A DNA stretch of 64,000 nt from Candidatus Daviesbacteria bacterium (lineage in GTDB: Bacteria; Patescibacteriota; Microgenomatia; Daviesbacterales; UBA10151). The stretch covers positions 67,590 through 131,589 of the forward strand of contig JACPDA010000005.1 in NCBI GenBank assembly GCA_016184225.1, in the 5' to 3' direction. A program made the position numbers and the translations under genes. Positions 29,448 through 38,977 of the stretch are shown here, piece by piece (position 1 is the first letter of the stretch; every line of letters begins with the position of its first letter). A model generated the notes under the pieces. It did not search any database, was not told the DNA's origin, and was given only the letters and a program-made list of their open reading frames with translations.

Positions 29448-30025
29448 ATGATAAAACCGGATTTTTTTATCAGATCCTCCAATTGGTTGTGGTGGAAAGG
29501 ATGAAGATGGGCATTTCTCCATACTCTGCCCTTTGTATTTTCCCAAATAAACCACACAATTCGAAAAAGTAGGCTTCCGGAATCCATCGTCAAAATTAAA
29601 GTGCCGTTTTCCTTAAGCACTCTACGAATTTCTTTTAAACACTTATCCGGTTTTTCAACATGTTCGATTGTTTCATAAAAAAGAATTAAGTCAAAAAAGG
29701 TTTTTTTATAAGGTATCCTCTCGGCTGATGCAATTTTAAAATCTATCCCGGGATAGGTTTTCTTTGCGGAATCGATAGCCTTATCGTAGACGTCTACACC
29801 ATAATAGGAAGCGCCGGGGAATGCTTTGGCAATTTCCGAGACCATAAAACCCGAGGCACAGCCGACATCCAGGCAGTTATTAAATTCCAGATCTTTAATA
29901 ATTTTTTTGGCAAGCTTAATTTTAGTATCGTGCCAGAGCCACTGGAAGAAATTATTTTTGACTCCATTTTGATAATAATTTACCGGGACCTTGCTCCAAG
30001 TGTTATATAGCCTGTGGTTTTGCAT
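29345..30025 (-). CDS. Class I SAM-dependent methyltransferase
   Basis: LDVGCASG, ETIEHV, RVLKENG; probable start MQNH at 30025. Confidence 0.85.
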   Translation of the reverse strand: MQNHRLYNTWSKVPVNYYQNGVKNNFFQWLWHDTKIKLAKKIIKDLEFNNCLDVGCASGFMVSEIAKAFPGASYYGVDVYDKAIDSAKKTYPGIDFKIASAERIPYKKTFFDLILFYETIEHVEKPDKCLKEIRRVLKENGTLILTMDSGSLLFRIVWFIWENTKGRVWRNAHLHPFHHNQLEDLIKKSGFIIQDKIFSFLGMEVTFVLSNSSKRSGPTLPPGLTL

Positions 30026-31559
30026 ATTTTTGGACCGTGAAGCCGCCGATAGTTTTTTCTTCAATTAATTCGCCTTTTTCCTTTGCCCAGGTTCTGCCTA
30101 TATTTTTGTAAATCTCGGGGATGCGGTTGGTTTCCGAGATTAACATATAGAAATATTTTTCCTTGTTTGTTGTTTTAGGAAGCAGGTCATAAGGGTGGAG
30201 TTGATCTCCGCCCAGCCAGCCGGGTACATATCCAAAGTTTTCTTTACCGTACCAATTATAAAGATATGCCCACATGCCGTTATAGTAAAGCGGATAGGTG
30301 ACTGCGTTAATAGCAAACGGCAGCCCAGCTGCACTTTTATAAGTATAATCAACTACCTGCAATTGATAATTCATATAGGAAGTGGAGTCATATATGGAAT
30401 TAAACAGCTGATAAGCTTTAGACGGCCTGTTCAGTATTATGGTTGCATTGCTTGAAACTATTGCCAGTATGGCTAACAGGATTAAAAACCTAAATTTTAG
30501 TTTTGATATGGCATAGCCGGAGATAAGCGCTATAGCAGGAGGCAGTCCTATTAAAAACCAGGGTTTTTGATGATACCCCAAAATCAGCGTGACAACAGGA
30601 GAGAAAAGATATAGCAGCAGGAAGTAGATTGCAGATTTTTCCTGTTTTGCCAGTTTAGGTCTAAACAGGAAATACAGGGTAATTAGGATTATGATTGCTG
30701 CTATAAAAATGCCAAGGTCCGGCCTGGTAGGAAATAAATTATTTGAAAAATTTATCCCAAAATCTTGTAAAAACAATTGCAATCTTTGGCCATAAGGCAA
30801 TTTTGTTTCACCAAAGTTTGAAGAAAAATTAAGCAGGGTTTTAACTCCGGCAAAGTTTAGTTTTATTTCGGTCAAAATCATAGTTGCGGTAGCGGCTGCA
30901 AAGGCGGCAAGAGAAAGCAAAGATAACTTTAAGGTTAAAATCTGGGGCTTAAAAATGAGCAAATAAATTATAAATACCGGAATAAGGTATAGAAAAGTAA
31001 GATCTGCCTGTATGGACAGACCCAAACTTACGGCGGAAAGTATTAGTCCCCATCCTCTCTTTATAACAATAAGCCAAAGCCCCAGGTAAAAAAGGGGGAC
31101 TGTAAAAATTGTCACCGTATCAATGGTTAACCAGTTTGAGAATTTAATAAATTCAAAAGAAGCGGCTATGATAATTGCCGAAAGAATCCCCGGTAATACC
31201 TTTTTGAACATTAACCAGGAAAGGACAAAGATTACAAATAAGGTGGCAGCATTGAAGAAGCTATTCCAGTAGGCGCTTGCCAGCGGGCTGCCGTTGCCGG
31301 CAAGAAAGGGAATCAGATTGTAGTAATAATAGAATACTCCGTGATGGATTCGGGGGTCGCCATAAATTGCCCGTCCAATAATCGGGAGCTCGTGATCAAC
31401 GGCAATTTTGTATGTATAGAATAAGTCTTCATACTGGTCGAAATCTAAAACAATGTTACCCCCTTTAATATTTTCATGCCTTAACCAAAAACCAAAAATA
31501 AAAGTGCAAAGTAAAATTAAAAACACAAGTAATTTGCTTTTTGGGATAAACTTAAACAC
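30003..31559 (-). CDS. GT-C/ArnT-like multi-TM glycosyltransferase
   Basis: Many TM segments, N-terminal R..DQ..D loop, G.FYYY motif. Confidence 0.7.
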   Translation of the reverse strand: MFKFIPKSKLLVFLILLCTFIFGFWLRHENIKGGNIVLDFDQYEDLFYTYKIAVDHELPIIGRAIYGDPRIHHGVFYYYYNLIPFLAGNGSPLASAYWNSFFNAATLFVIFVLSWLMFKKVLPGILSAIIIAASFEFIKFSNWLTIDTVTIFTVPLFYLGLWLIVIKRGWGLILSAVSLGLSIQADLTFLYLIPVFIIYLLIFKPQILTLKLSLLSLAAFAAATATMILTEIKLNFAGVKTLLNFSSNFGETKLPYGQRLQLFLQDFGINFSNNLFPTRPDLGIFIAAIIILITLYFLFRPKLAKQEKSAIYFLLLYLFSPVVTLILGYHQKPWFLIGLPPAIALISGYAISKLKFRFLILLAILAIVSSNATIILNRPSKAYQLFNSIYDSTSYMNYQLQVVDYTYKSAAGLPFAINAVTYPLYYNGMWAYLYNWYGKENFGYVPGWLGGDQLHPYDLLPKTTNKEKYFYMLISETNRIPEIYKNIGRTWAKEKGELIEEKTIGGFTVQKYAKPQAI

Positions 31560-31640
31560 ACCCTTGATTATATATACTTATTTGTCATTTGACTACTTGA
31601 CTTTAAGGAGTTATAGAAATATCCTGAATACAGGATTATT

Positions 31641-32102
31641 ATGAATAATCAAGATGGTAGTTACGGAAAAAGACCGCTTTGGCAGTGGGTATTAATTTAC
31701 GTAGTTATTGGTTTGGTAGTTTATGGCTTGATTTATTATTTTATATTGGCTAGAAAAGGTGGATCCACCTACGGCCCTCCTTCAACTGCCCCTGCTAACA
31801 GTACACCTGCTACTTCTTCTGCATCAGAAAATCAGCAAGATACAATTGTTCTAACAGCAGATGGTTTTTCACCGGCAACGTTAACTGTGAAAACAGGTAC
31901 AAAGGTTATTTTGTCTAATCAAAGCGGAATTGATGCTACCGTAAATTCCAGCCCGCATCCTACTCATACGGATTATCCGCCGCTCAACTTAGGAAGTTTG
32001 CCTGTTGGGGGAACAGTATCTATGACATTTGATAAACCCGGTACATACAAATACCATAACCACCTTAAACCGAGCCAATTCGGGACAATTGTTGTAGAGT
32101 AG
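31641..32102 (+). CDS. Membrane-anchored cupredoxin
   Basis: FSPATLTVK.G, HPTH, PGTYKYHNHL...GTIVVE. Confidence 0.8.
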   Translation: MNNQDGSYGKRPLWQWVLIYVVIGLVVYGLIYYFILARKGGSTYGPPSTAPANSTPATSSASENQQDTIVLTADGFSPATLTVKTGTKVILSNQSGIDATVNSSPHPTHTDYPPLNLGSLPVGGTVSMTFDKPGTYKYHNHLKPSQFGTIVVE

Positions 32103-32116
32103 TTTTCTTCATAGTC

Positions 32117-33637
32117 ATGATCGGATTCGTGGATGATTTTTTAAACGGTATTACCATGTACCGTTTGATTTTTTATTTTTTGACCTTTCTTTCACTGGTG
32201 GCAGTGGCCTTCAGCGCTTTGGGGATTTTGCCCTTTAACCCGATAGCCTTAATTTTTTCAGTTGCTTTCTTAACTTTAGCCTGCTGGATATCAAATACCT
32301 TTTTTGCCAGAGTTTTTAGGGTGCAGACTAACTTAGAATCGGTCTATATTACAGCCCTGATTTTGGCACTGATCGTGACTCCGGTACGTAACCTTCAAGA
32401 TGCATTGCTGCTGGGCCTGGTGGCGGTTTTATCACAGGGGAGCAAATATATTTTGGCTGTAAACAAAAAACATATTTTTAATCCGGCGGCTTTTGCAGTA
32501 GCCATGGGAGCCTTAGCTTTTAAGGAAGGGGCCAGTTGGTGGGTGGGGACATCCTGGATGGCACCCTTTGTTTTAGTAGGCGGCCTTTTAATAGTTAGAA
32601 AGATAAGACGGTTTAGTTTGGTATTGAGCTACCTCATTGTCAGCATAATTGCTATTTTAGGATCCAGTGCATTTTCAAGCAATAATCCGTTAATAATTAT
32701 TAAAAATCTTATTCTTGATTCTCCGATAATATTCTTTTCTTTGGTGATGTTGACAGAGCCGCAAACAACTCCGCCCGGAAAGTTTTTACAGATAACTTAT
32801 GGGGGTTTAGTGGGATTTTTATTTGCTCCGTTTGTTCGTCTTGGTACATTTTCCTTCTCCCCGGAAATGGCGCTTTTGGCCGGAAATATTTTTTCTTACC
32901 TCCTCAGCCCCAAAGAAAAATTATTGTTAAAAATAAAAGAGAAAATACAAATTGCCCCGGATATTTATGATTTTGTATTTGATCAGGATAGAAAATTGGT
33001 ATATCTTCCCGGACAATATATGGAGTGGACCCTGGGCCACAAAAACCCTGACAGGAGAGGGACGAGGAGGTATTTTACTATCGCTGCATCACCAACTGAA
33101 GAAAACCTTCGTATCGGTGTTAGGTTTTCCCAGAATGGAAGTTCTTTTAAAAAAGCATTAATTTCCATGAGTTCTGGAGATTCAATCATTGCATCCCAGC
33201 TCTCCGGGGAGTTTACTTTGCCAAGAGATCCAAGCAGAAAACTGGTTTTTATTGCCGGAGGGATCGGGGTAACACCTTACCGAAGTATGATTAAATATTT
33301 GTTAGATACTGAGCAAAAGAGAGATATGGTTTTATTTTATGCTAGTAAGAAAGAGGCGGACTTTGTTTACAGTGATATATTTGATAAAGCTGAAAAAAGT
33401 TTGGGGATGAAAACAGTTTATGTCTTAACGGAAAGTGAAAATGTCCCTAAGAGTTGGCAGGGAAAAGTTGGTCAGATTGATAAGAAGATGATTGCGGAAG
33501 AAGTCCCAGATTATCATGATAGGATTTTCTATATTTCCGGCCCGCATTCAATGGTAGATGTTTTTGAGAAGGTACTTAAAGGGCTGGGCATTGCTGGTAA
33601 CCAGATCAAAATAGACTTCTTTCCCGGCTATGCATAA
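32117..33637 (+). CDS. RnfD/NqrB-like membrane domain fused to FNR-type oxidoreductase
   Basis: HIFNPAAF and TEPQT in the TM part; PGQY, RYFTIA, AGGIGVTP, SGP, FFPGY in the soluble part. Confidence 0.85.
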   Translation: MIGFVDDFLNGITMYRLIFYFLTFLSLVAVAFSALGILPFNPIALIFSVAFLTLACWISNTFFARVFRVQTNLESVYITALILALIVTPVRNLQDALLLGLVAVLSQGSKYILAVNKKHIFNPAAFAVAMGALAFKEGASWWVGTSWMAPFVLVGGLLIVRKIRRFSLVLSYLIVSIIAILGSSAFSSNNPLIIIKNLILDSPIIFFSLVMLTEPQTTPPGKFLQITYGGLVGFLFAPFVRLGTFSFSPEMALLAGNIFSYLLSPKEKLLLKIKEKIQIAPDIYDFVFDQDRKLVYLPGQYMEWTLGHKNPDRRGTRRYFTIAASPTEENLRIGVRFSQNGSSFKKALISMSSGDSIIASQLSGEFTLPRDPSRKLVFIAGGIGVTPYRSMIKYLLDTEQKRDMVLFYASKKEADFVYSDIFDKAEKSLGMKTVYVLTESENVPKSWQGKVGQIDKKMIAEEVPDYHDRIFYISGPHSMVDVFEKVLKGLGIAGNQIKIDFFPGYA

Positions 33638-33755
33638 GGCCATACCAAAATGGCAAGGGAGCTGCAAGTCCAATTCCATCTGCCCAAAGGCAACCCCAAA
33701 AGACCCAAAAGACAGGGGTTGACACCGAAAGGATAATTTGTAACAATGTATAAGA

Positions 33756-34526
33756 ATGCATAAGATCTGTTCAAAGCTTATTCCGGCTTTATTTTTATTT
33801 GTTGCGGCAATTTTTTTAAGTGTCTTTTATCCTTCCGAAGCCTTAGCTAGTCATTCCTGGGGCGGATACCATTGGGCCAGGACCAGCAATCCTTTTAATT
33901 TGAAATTAGGTGATAATGTTTCAGGTGTCTGGGATTCAATTCTCGGTACTACTTCTTTTGATTGGACTGCTTCCTCTATTTTGGATACGTCAATTGTGGC
34001 CGGCGGTACAAAAGCGCGCAATTGCCGGCCAACCTCGGGCCGGGTGGAAGTCTGCAACTCCAAGTATGGAAATAACGGCTGGTTGGGTTTAGCCCAAATT
34101 TGGGCTAGCGGCCTGCATATTGTGCAAGGAGTGACCAAAGTGAATGACACTTATTTCAACACTTCAACTTACAATACTACTGCCTGGCGGAACCTAGTCA
34201 TGTGCCAGGAGGTAGGTCATACTTTGGGACTGACCCATCAGGATGAGAATTTTAACAATAGCAATTTAGGCAGCTGTATGGATTATACCAGTAATCCGGA
34301 GACCAATCAGCATCCTAATCAACATGATTACGATGAACTGGAGCTAATCTATTCTCATCTTGATGCCATCACTACTATCAGCCAAACACTGCAATCGGGT
34401 CAAGGCAACTTCGAGAACCCGTCAGAGTGGGGCAGATTAGTTAAAAAACAGGGTCGTGTAGCAGTTTTTGAAAGGGATTTTGGTTTGGGGAATAAATTAT
34501 TTACCTTCGTCATTTACGCCGACTAA
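33756..34526 (+). CDS. Secreted metzincin-like protein
   Basis: Signal peptide; QEVGHTLGLTH and SCMDY Met-turn. Confidence 0.65.
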   Translation: MHKICSKLIPALFLFVAAIFLSVFYPSEALASHSWGGYHWARTSNPFNLKLGDNVSGVWDSILGTTSFDWTASSILDTSIVAGGTKARNCRPTSGRVEVCNSKYGNNGWLGLAQIWASGLHIVQGVTKVNDTYFNTSTYNTTAWRNLVMCQEVGHTLGLTHQDENFNNSNLGSCMDYTSNPETNQHPNQHDYDELELIYSHLDAITTISQTLQSGQGNFENPSEWGRLVKKQGRVAVFERDFGLGNKLFTFVIYAD

Positions 34527-35554
34527 TTCTGCATCTGAACGGATAAAACTGTTAACGAGAGGGCAGTGCCTACAGGAACTAATAAGTTATCATCTATCAA
34601 AAAAGAAAACTGATCTAAAACAGCGGTTAGTAAAGAAGCGGAAAGAATCAGGGAGAGAGAAAGGTCTAGTGGAGTTAAGGATTTAAGGAATAGTCCTGCG
34701 GTTACAGAAGTAAAAATATAGATTCCTGCTCCGCCGAGCGTTTTTTCCTTTATTAAAGGAATGGATAGAAAGTGCTGGCCTATGGGAACAAGAGAATCCC
34801 CCAAAAGGAAGGCAGTTAAAGAGAGCACGGCGATTTCTTTGGGAAACAACCCAATGGTTAGGAGCATACTCAAAAAGAGTAGGGTAGCACCGGAAGGTTG
34901 AAATCTTTCTTTTTGTTTGGCAAAGATTGACAGGAGCAAATAACGCTGATTGATCTTTGGCGCAAGGAAACGTACAGCGTCAAAGACGGCAAAAACTAAA
35001 AAGAGCGCAGCGATAATCGGAATGACAAATTCTCTGGGCAGCCAGATTGCTCCCAAGGGTAGAGCGATCACACCCAGCTTTAAAATTTGGCGCAAAGGGT
35101 GCGCAAAAGCCAATTTTTTGGAAACAGCGATGGCATAGGTGGTGGTTAATATTAAAAGTGCCAAAGCATAAATTGATCTGGTATAGAAAATTGTCACTGC
35201 AGTGAGGCCCCAAAGGGAAGCTACACCTTTCCCTCCTTTAAACTGAAGATAAAAAGGTTTGATCTGACCAACCACGACTGCCAATCCTGCAAGGATAGCC
35301 AGATCAGGGGTTACTGGTTTAAAAGGAAAGAGGCCGGAAACTGCCAAAAAATAAACAAAAGGAGCTTTTAGAAAATCAAAAATGCCTGTCAGGATACCAA
35401 AAACAGGCCCTACAATTTGATAAGTATTAGTGGCTCCGGTGTTTTTATTGCCAAACTCTCGGATATCAATATGTTTGACAAGTTGTCCGAAAAAATAACC
35501 GGGGGAAAGAGAGCCTATCAGGTAGCCTAAAAATAGTATTAGACCCAAACTCAT
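34523..35554 (-). CDS. plsY: PlsY glycerol-3-P acyltransferase fused to a CTP-transferase/dolichol-kinase-like TM domain
   Basis: GYLIGS, GNKNTGATN, D.LK, FKGGKGVA; C-terminal GDS, KT..G, DDNL.VP. Confidence 0.75.
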   Translation of the reverse strand: MSLGLILFLGYLIGSLSPGYFFGQLVKHIDIREFGNKNTGATNTYQIVGPVFGILTGIFDFLKAPFVYFLAVSGLFPFKPVTPDLAILAGLAVVVGQIKPFYLQFKGGKGVASLWGLTAVTIFYTRSIYALALLILTTTYAIAVSKKLAFAHPLRQILKLGVIALPLGAIWLPREFVIPIIAALFLVFAVFDAVRFLAPKINQRYLLLSIFAKQKERFQPSGATLLFLSMLLTIGLFPKEIAVLSLTAFLLGDSLVPIGQHFLSIPLIKEKTLGGAGIYIFTSVTAGLFLKSLTPLDLSLSLILSASLLTAVLDQFSFLIDDNLLVPVGTALSLTVLSVQMQN

Positions 35555-35581
35555 ATAGATAATTTGAGTATACCAGCTTTC

Positions 35582-37513
35582 TTAGATGCGGGTGACGGTG
35601 CGGAACGTTTGACTGCCGGAGGTGGAGGAAACGATTACATAACTTGGAGCTCGAGATACCCCATCTTTAACTAGTTCATAAGATGAAGAACTTGGTATAT
35701 AAGTCATAGTACCGTAATTTTTGACGGCTAAAGTAGCTTTGCCTAAAGAAGTACTGGTAGCTTTTACTATTAATTGCCTTTTGGAAGTAGAATAGGTAGC
35801 TGAGGTGATTTTGACTATATCCTTAATCACTTTTACTATTGTGGTATCTTGAGCGCTGGCGCCTGCTGCGTCTTTAACTGTTAAAATCACTGTGAAAGTA
35901 CCTGTTTTGCTATAGGTTTTATTGACTGTTTGTCCGGCTCCGGTAGTACCATCACCAAAGCTCCAGCTGTAGGTGTAAGGACCTTGCCCGCCGGTAGCTC
36001 CGCCAGAGAAAGTAACGGAAGTTTTTAAGAACTCTATTTTATCCGCTCCGGCGTCAGCTTTTAAGGGAGCCGGAACAGGGGTTGGTGTAGGAGTCGGTGA
36101 TGGAATAGGTGTCGGAGTGGGAGTAGGGCTTGGGGTAGGTGCCGGCATGGTATTGCCTAGATTTAACCTTTTTCCGCTAAGTGTTTTTCCTGTCAGTGCT
36201 GCTGTCGGATCAGAAGAGGTAAGAAGTTTGTCTTTAATCTGGAGGTGAGACAAAGAGTTTGATATCCCCCAAAGATAAGCTGCTGCGCCGGATACATGGG
36301 GGGTGGCCATAGAAGTACCGCTCATTAAACGATAGCCACTAGGGTCGCAACTACCACAGGCGCCTTTTGGTACGGTGGAAAAAATACTGACTCCCGGAGC
36401 GCCTATATCCACTGTGGCGGCACCGTAGTTGGAGAATGAGGCTAAATTATCATATTTATCAGTGGCTGCTACCGAGATAATATTTGGCAGGTCATATGAA
36501 GCAGGATAGAAGTAAGTTGCATCATTATTATTGGCAGCATTTCCTGCCGCAGCTATAAACAAGGAACCGGCATTATTGGCAGCAGAAATGGCATCATAAA
36601 GGGCTTGGGAATACCCGCCTCCGCCCCAGCTATTGTTAGTGATTTTAAAGTTCATCACAGTGGCATATTGGATGGCTCTAATTGCGCCGTCTATAGTGCC
36701 TGCGCCTGAAGCATTTAAAAATTTCAAAGCAGCAACTTTACCCGGGTAATTTACCCCGGCGACTCCTACCCCGTTATTACCTACAGCTGCAATTGTGCCT
36801 GCAACATGGGTTCCGTGACCATGGTCATCTATCGGGTCAGGGTCGTTATTGACAAAATCATAGCCGTAAATATCATCTACAAAACCGTTTCCGTCATCAT
36901 CCACTCCTGCCTGACCAACTGCTTCGGCGCTATTTTTCCACATATTGGCGCTTAAGTCTTCATGGTTATAATCGATCCCGGTATCAATTACACCTGTAGT
37001 AACGCTACTGCCGTAAGGGGTATCCCAGGCCTCGGGAGCATCAATATCTGCATCTGTGGTTCCACCGGATTGACCGGTATTATTAAGGCCCCATAAATTA
37101 ACGAACAAGGGATCGTTTGGAAGTTGGCTGGTGTGAAGAATGAAATTAGGTTCGGCATATTCTATTTCAGGATCGCTTTTTAGTTTTTGCAAAAGCTCGG
37201 GCAGCTTTTGTTCGTCGGTGGAGGCCACATAGAGCTTATCCAAGCCTTTGTCTTTAAAGGCTTGGATTTTCTCCTGGCGTTTTTGAGCACGGTCTAACTC
37301 CCGCAAGATCTTTCTGGCTGAGCGGAGTTGGAATTTGTTTACTACTTCTTCTTCCGCCGGACTGACAGTTTTGAACTTAATAATTAATTCACCCGGGACA
37401 TATTCAAAAGATGATGGTAAGTTTTGTGGAGACTGCGCAAAAGCAGTCCCAAAACTAAGTGCGGAAAGAGAAAAAATAAGGAGGAATGATAAAAATTTGA
37501 GGCAGTTTTTCAT
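35582..37513 (-). CDS. Secreted S8 subtilisin-like protease with PT linker and PKD domain
   Basis: IDTG, HGTHVAG, GTSMATP triad; WSFGDG PKD. Confidence 0.93.
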   Translation of the reverse strand: MKNCLKFLSFLLIFSLSALSFGTAFAQSPQNLPSSFEYVPGELIIKFKTVSPAEEEVVNKFQLRSARKILRELDRAQKRQEKIQAFKDKGLDKLYVASTDEQKLPELLQKLKSDPEIEYAEPNFILHTSQLPNDPLFVNLWGLNNTGQSGGTTDADIDAPEAWDTPYGSSVTTGVIDTGIDYNHEDLSANMWKNSAEAVGQAGVDDDGNGFVDDIYGYDFVNNDPDPIDDHGHGTHVAGTIAAVGNNGVGVAGVNYPGKVAALKFLNASGAGTIDGAIRAIQYATVMNFKITNNSWGGGGYSQALYDAISAANNAGSLFIAAAGNAANNNDATYFYPASYDLPNIISVAATDKYDNLASFSNYGAATVDIGAPGVSIFSTVPKGACGSCDPSGYRLMSGTSMATPHVSGAAAYLWGISNSLSHLQIKDKLLTSSDPTAALTGKTLSGKRLNLGNTMPAPTPSPTPTPTPIPSPTPTPTPVPAPLKADAGADKIEFLKTSVTFSGGATGGQGPYTYSWSFGDGTTGAGQTVNKTYSKTGTFTVILTVKDAAGASAQDTTIVKVIKDIVKITSATYSTSKRQLIVKATSTSLGKATLAVKNYGTMTYIPSSSSYELVKDGVSRAPSYVIVSSTSGSQTFRTVTRI

Positions 37514-37590
37514 TCAGGGGCACAAGAGTGGATATAATAACTAATAAGAATCAATTTGTCAAGGTCCCGCTTAATTAGTGAAAAGAAGGA

Positions 37591-37878
37591 CTATTTAGTA
37601 AAACCGCCGTGGGACTGAATGTTTTTATAAGTTTGGGTTAATTTTTCCTTCACTTTTTCCAGGCTTTGGGAAGTAGATATATTCATAGTGTATTTTCTGT
37701 AATTTAACCATTCCGCTTCTGTAATTTTATTTAAGGATTTAACAACAACACTATCCAGCGAGCCTGATTCCCAGCTAATTATTTTAACTACTAGTTTAAA
37801 CAGTTTATCTTTTGCTGCTTGGGCTTTTAAGAGGGCCAGTTTTCTTTCATCTTGTGTTTTTGAGGGGCTTATTATCAT
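37591..37878 (-). CDS. Hypothetical protein
   Basis: 95 aa ORF filling an intergenic gap; no motif. Confidence 0.4.
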   Translation of the reverse strand: MIISPSKTQDERKLALLKAQAAKDKLFKLVVKIISWESGSLDSVVVKSLNKITEAEWLNYRKYTMNISTSQSLEKVKEKLTQTYKNIQSHGGFTK

Positions 37879-37977
37879 AAAAAGACATGTGCTACTTAAA
37901 AAGTTTTAAATAGACCACTATTATAGCAGGATATAGAAGAAATAACAACTTCCCGTATTGTTTGGAGGTGGTGGGAT

Positions 37978-38676
37978 TTAGGGTTTGCAGAGGGTGGATT
38001 GGGAGCCGCTTATTGAATCTGCAGGTGGGAGGCTTTTGACCTTGGATGAGTCCTCGGGTGGTAATAGATCAAACCAGCAGATGGCATTTTCCCGAGGACT
38101 TGAGAAAATTTTCCCCCTCATATCATATACCCCAAAATCTACAAAAACGTTGTTGTTTTGTCTGAACCCAACCGCTGTAGCAATAATTTCCCCCTTGGTA
38201 ACACTTATCTTTTGGCTAAGTCTGGAAGTTCTTGAATCATGTTCTTTGGCCGCCGACAGCTCTTCTATTACTTTGGCAAATTTAGGGGTAAGTGTTAATA
38301 GGTGATCAAAACGGTACATTATTCCGCAAGAGGTTCTAAAATCAAGCAGATATTGTACTTCTCCTTGTTCGATATATCTGCTGGCACTATCAAATTCTGC
38401 ATCTATTGGAGCTTTAACCTCGATTTCATCAGTTCTAGAGTTATCAAAACGGAATCCTCCGTGTGGTTTAAAATCCCCGCCCCTGACTTGGCCAGGATAA
38501 AGGATGGAAGTGACTTTGTTCATATCAACTGGAGTCTGTAGAACGAGAGGGCTTGGACAATCCGGTGTACTCTTCGATTCCCAAGGCGCAGGTCCAGCCG
38601 GCTTACGAAAGAAGAATCCAAAGCCCAAAATAGCAACTACAATAAGCACTGCAATTACTAAAATCTTGGGCAGCAT
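37978..38676 (-). CDS. Membrane-anchored hypothetical protein (possible M23-like fold)
   Basis: N-terminal TM; PHGGFRFD, VKAP, FDHL, V.KGE.IA. Confidence 0.6.
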   Translation of the reverse strand: MLPKILVIAVLIVVAILGFGFFFRKPAGPAPWESKSTPDCPSPLVLQTPVDMNKVTSILYPGQVRGGDFKPHGGFRFDNSRTDEIEVKAPIDAEFDSASRYIEQGEVQYLLDFRTSCGIMYRFDHLLTLTPKFAKVIEELSAAKEHDSRTSRLSQKISVTKGEIIATAVGFRQNNNVFVDFGVYDMRGKIFSSPRENAICWFDLLPPEDSSKVKSLPPADSISGSQSTLCKP

Positions 38677-38746
38677 ACTTTAAGTTTAGCATATATTACA
38701 CCAACCAGAACTTGACTCAAAGTTTAAATTTAAATATAGTATAAAT

Positions 38747-38974
38747 ATGGGGAAAATAGCAATTATTGTTGCCTTAATCCTTATTCTTGGCGGTGGGGCA
38801 TATGTCTTTTTAAACAGTGGCAAGATTCCAGGTATTGGCAAAAAATCACAAGCACCATCCTTAGGTGAACAAATTTATAATCAGCAAAATCCTCTTGGGG
38901 ATAAATTGCCCGAAACCAACCCGTTTGCTAAGGTGAATCCATTTAAAGGGGTATATAAAAATCCATTTCAATAA
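38747..38974 (+). CDS. Small membrane-anchored protein with NPF repeats
   Basis: TM followed by NPF x3; TTGACT-17-TATAGT promoter 6 nt upstream. Confidence 0.65.
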   Translation: MGKIAIIVALILILGGGAYVFLNSGKIPGIGKKSQAPSLGEQIYNQQNPLGDKLPETNPFAKVNPFKGVYKNPFQ

Positions 38975-38977
38975 ATT

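Noticed and set aside
36070-36145. Tandem repeat in the S8 protease gene
   Set aside because: Ordinary Pro-Thr linker with degenerate codons.
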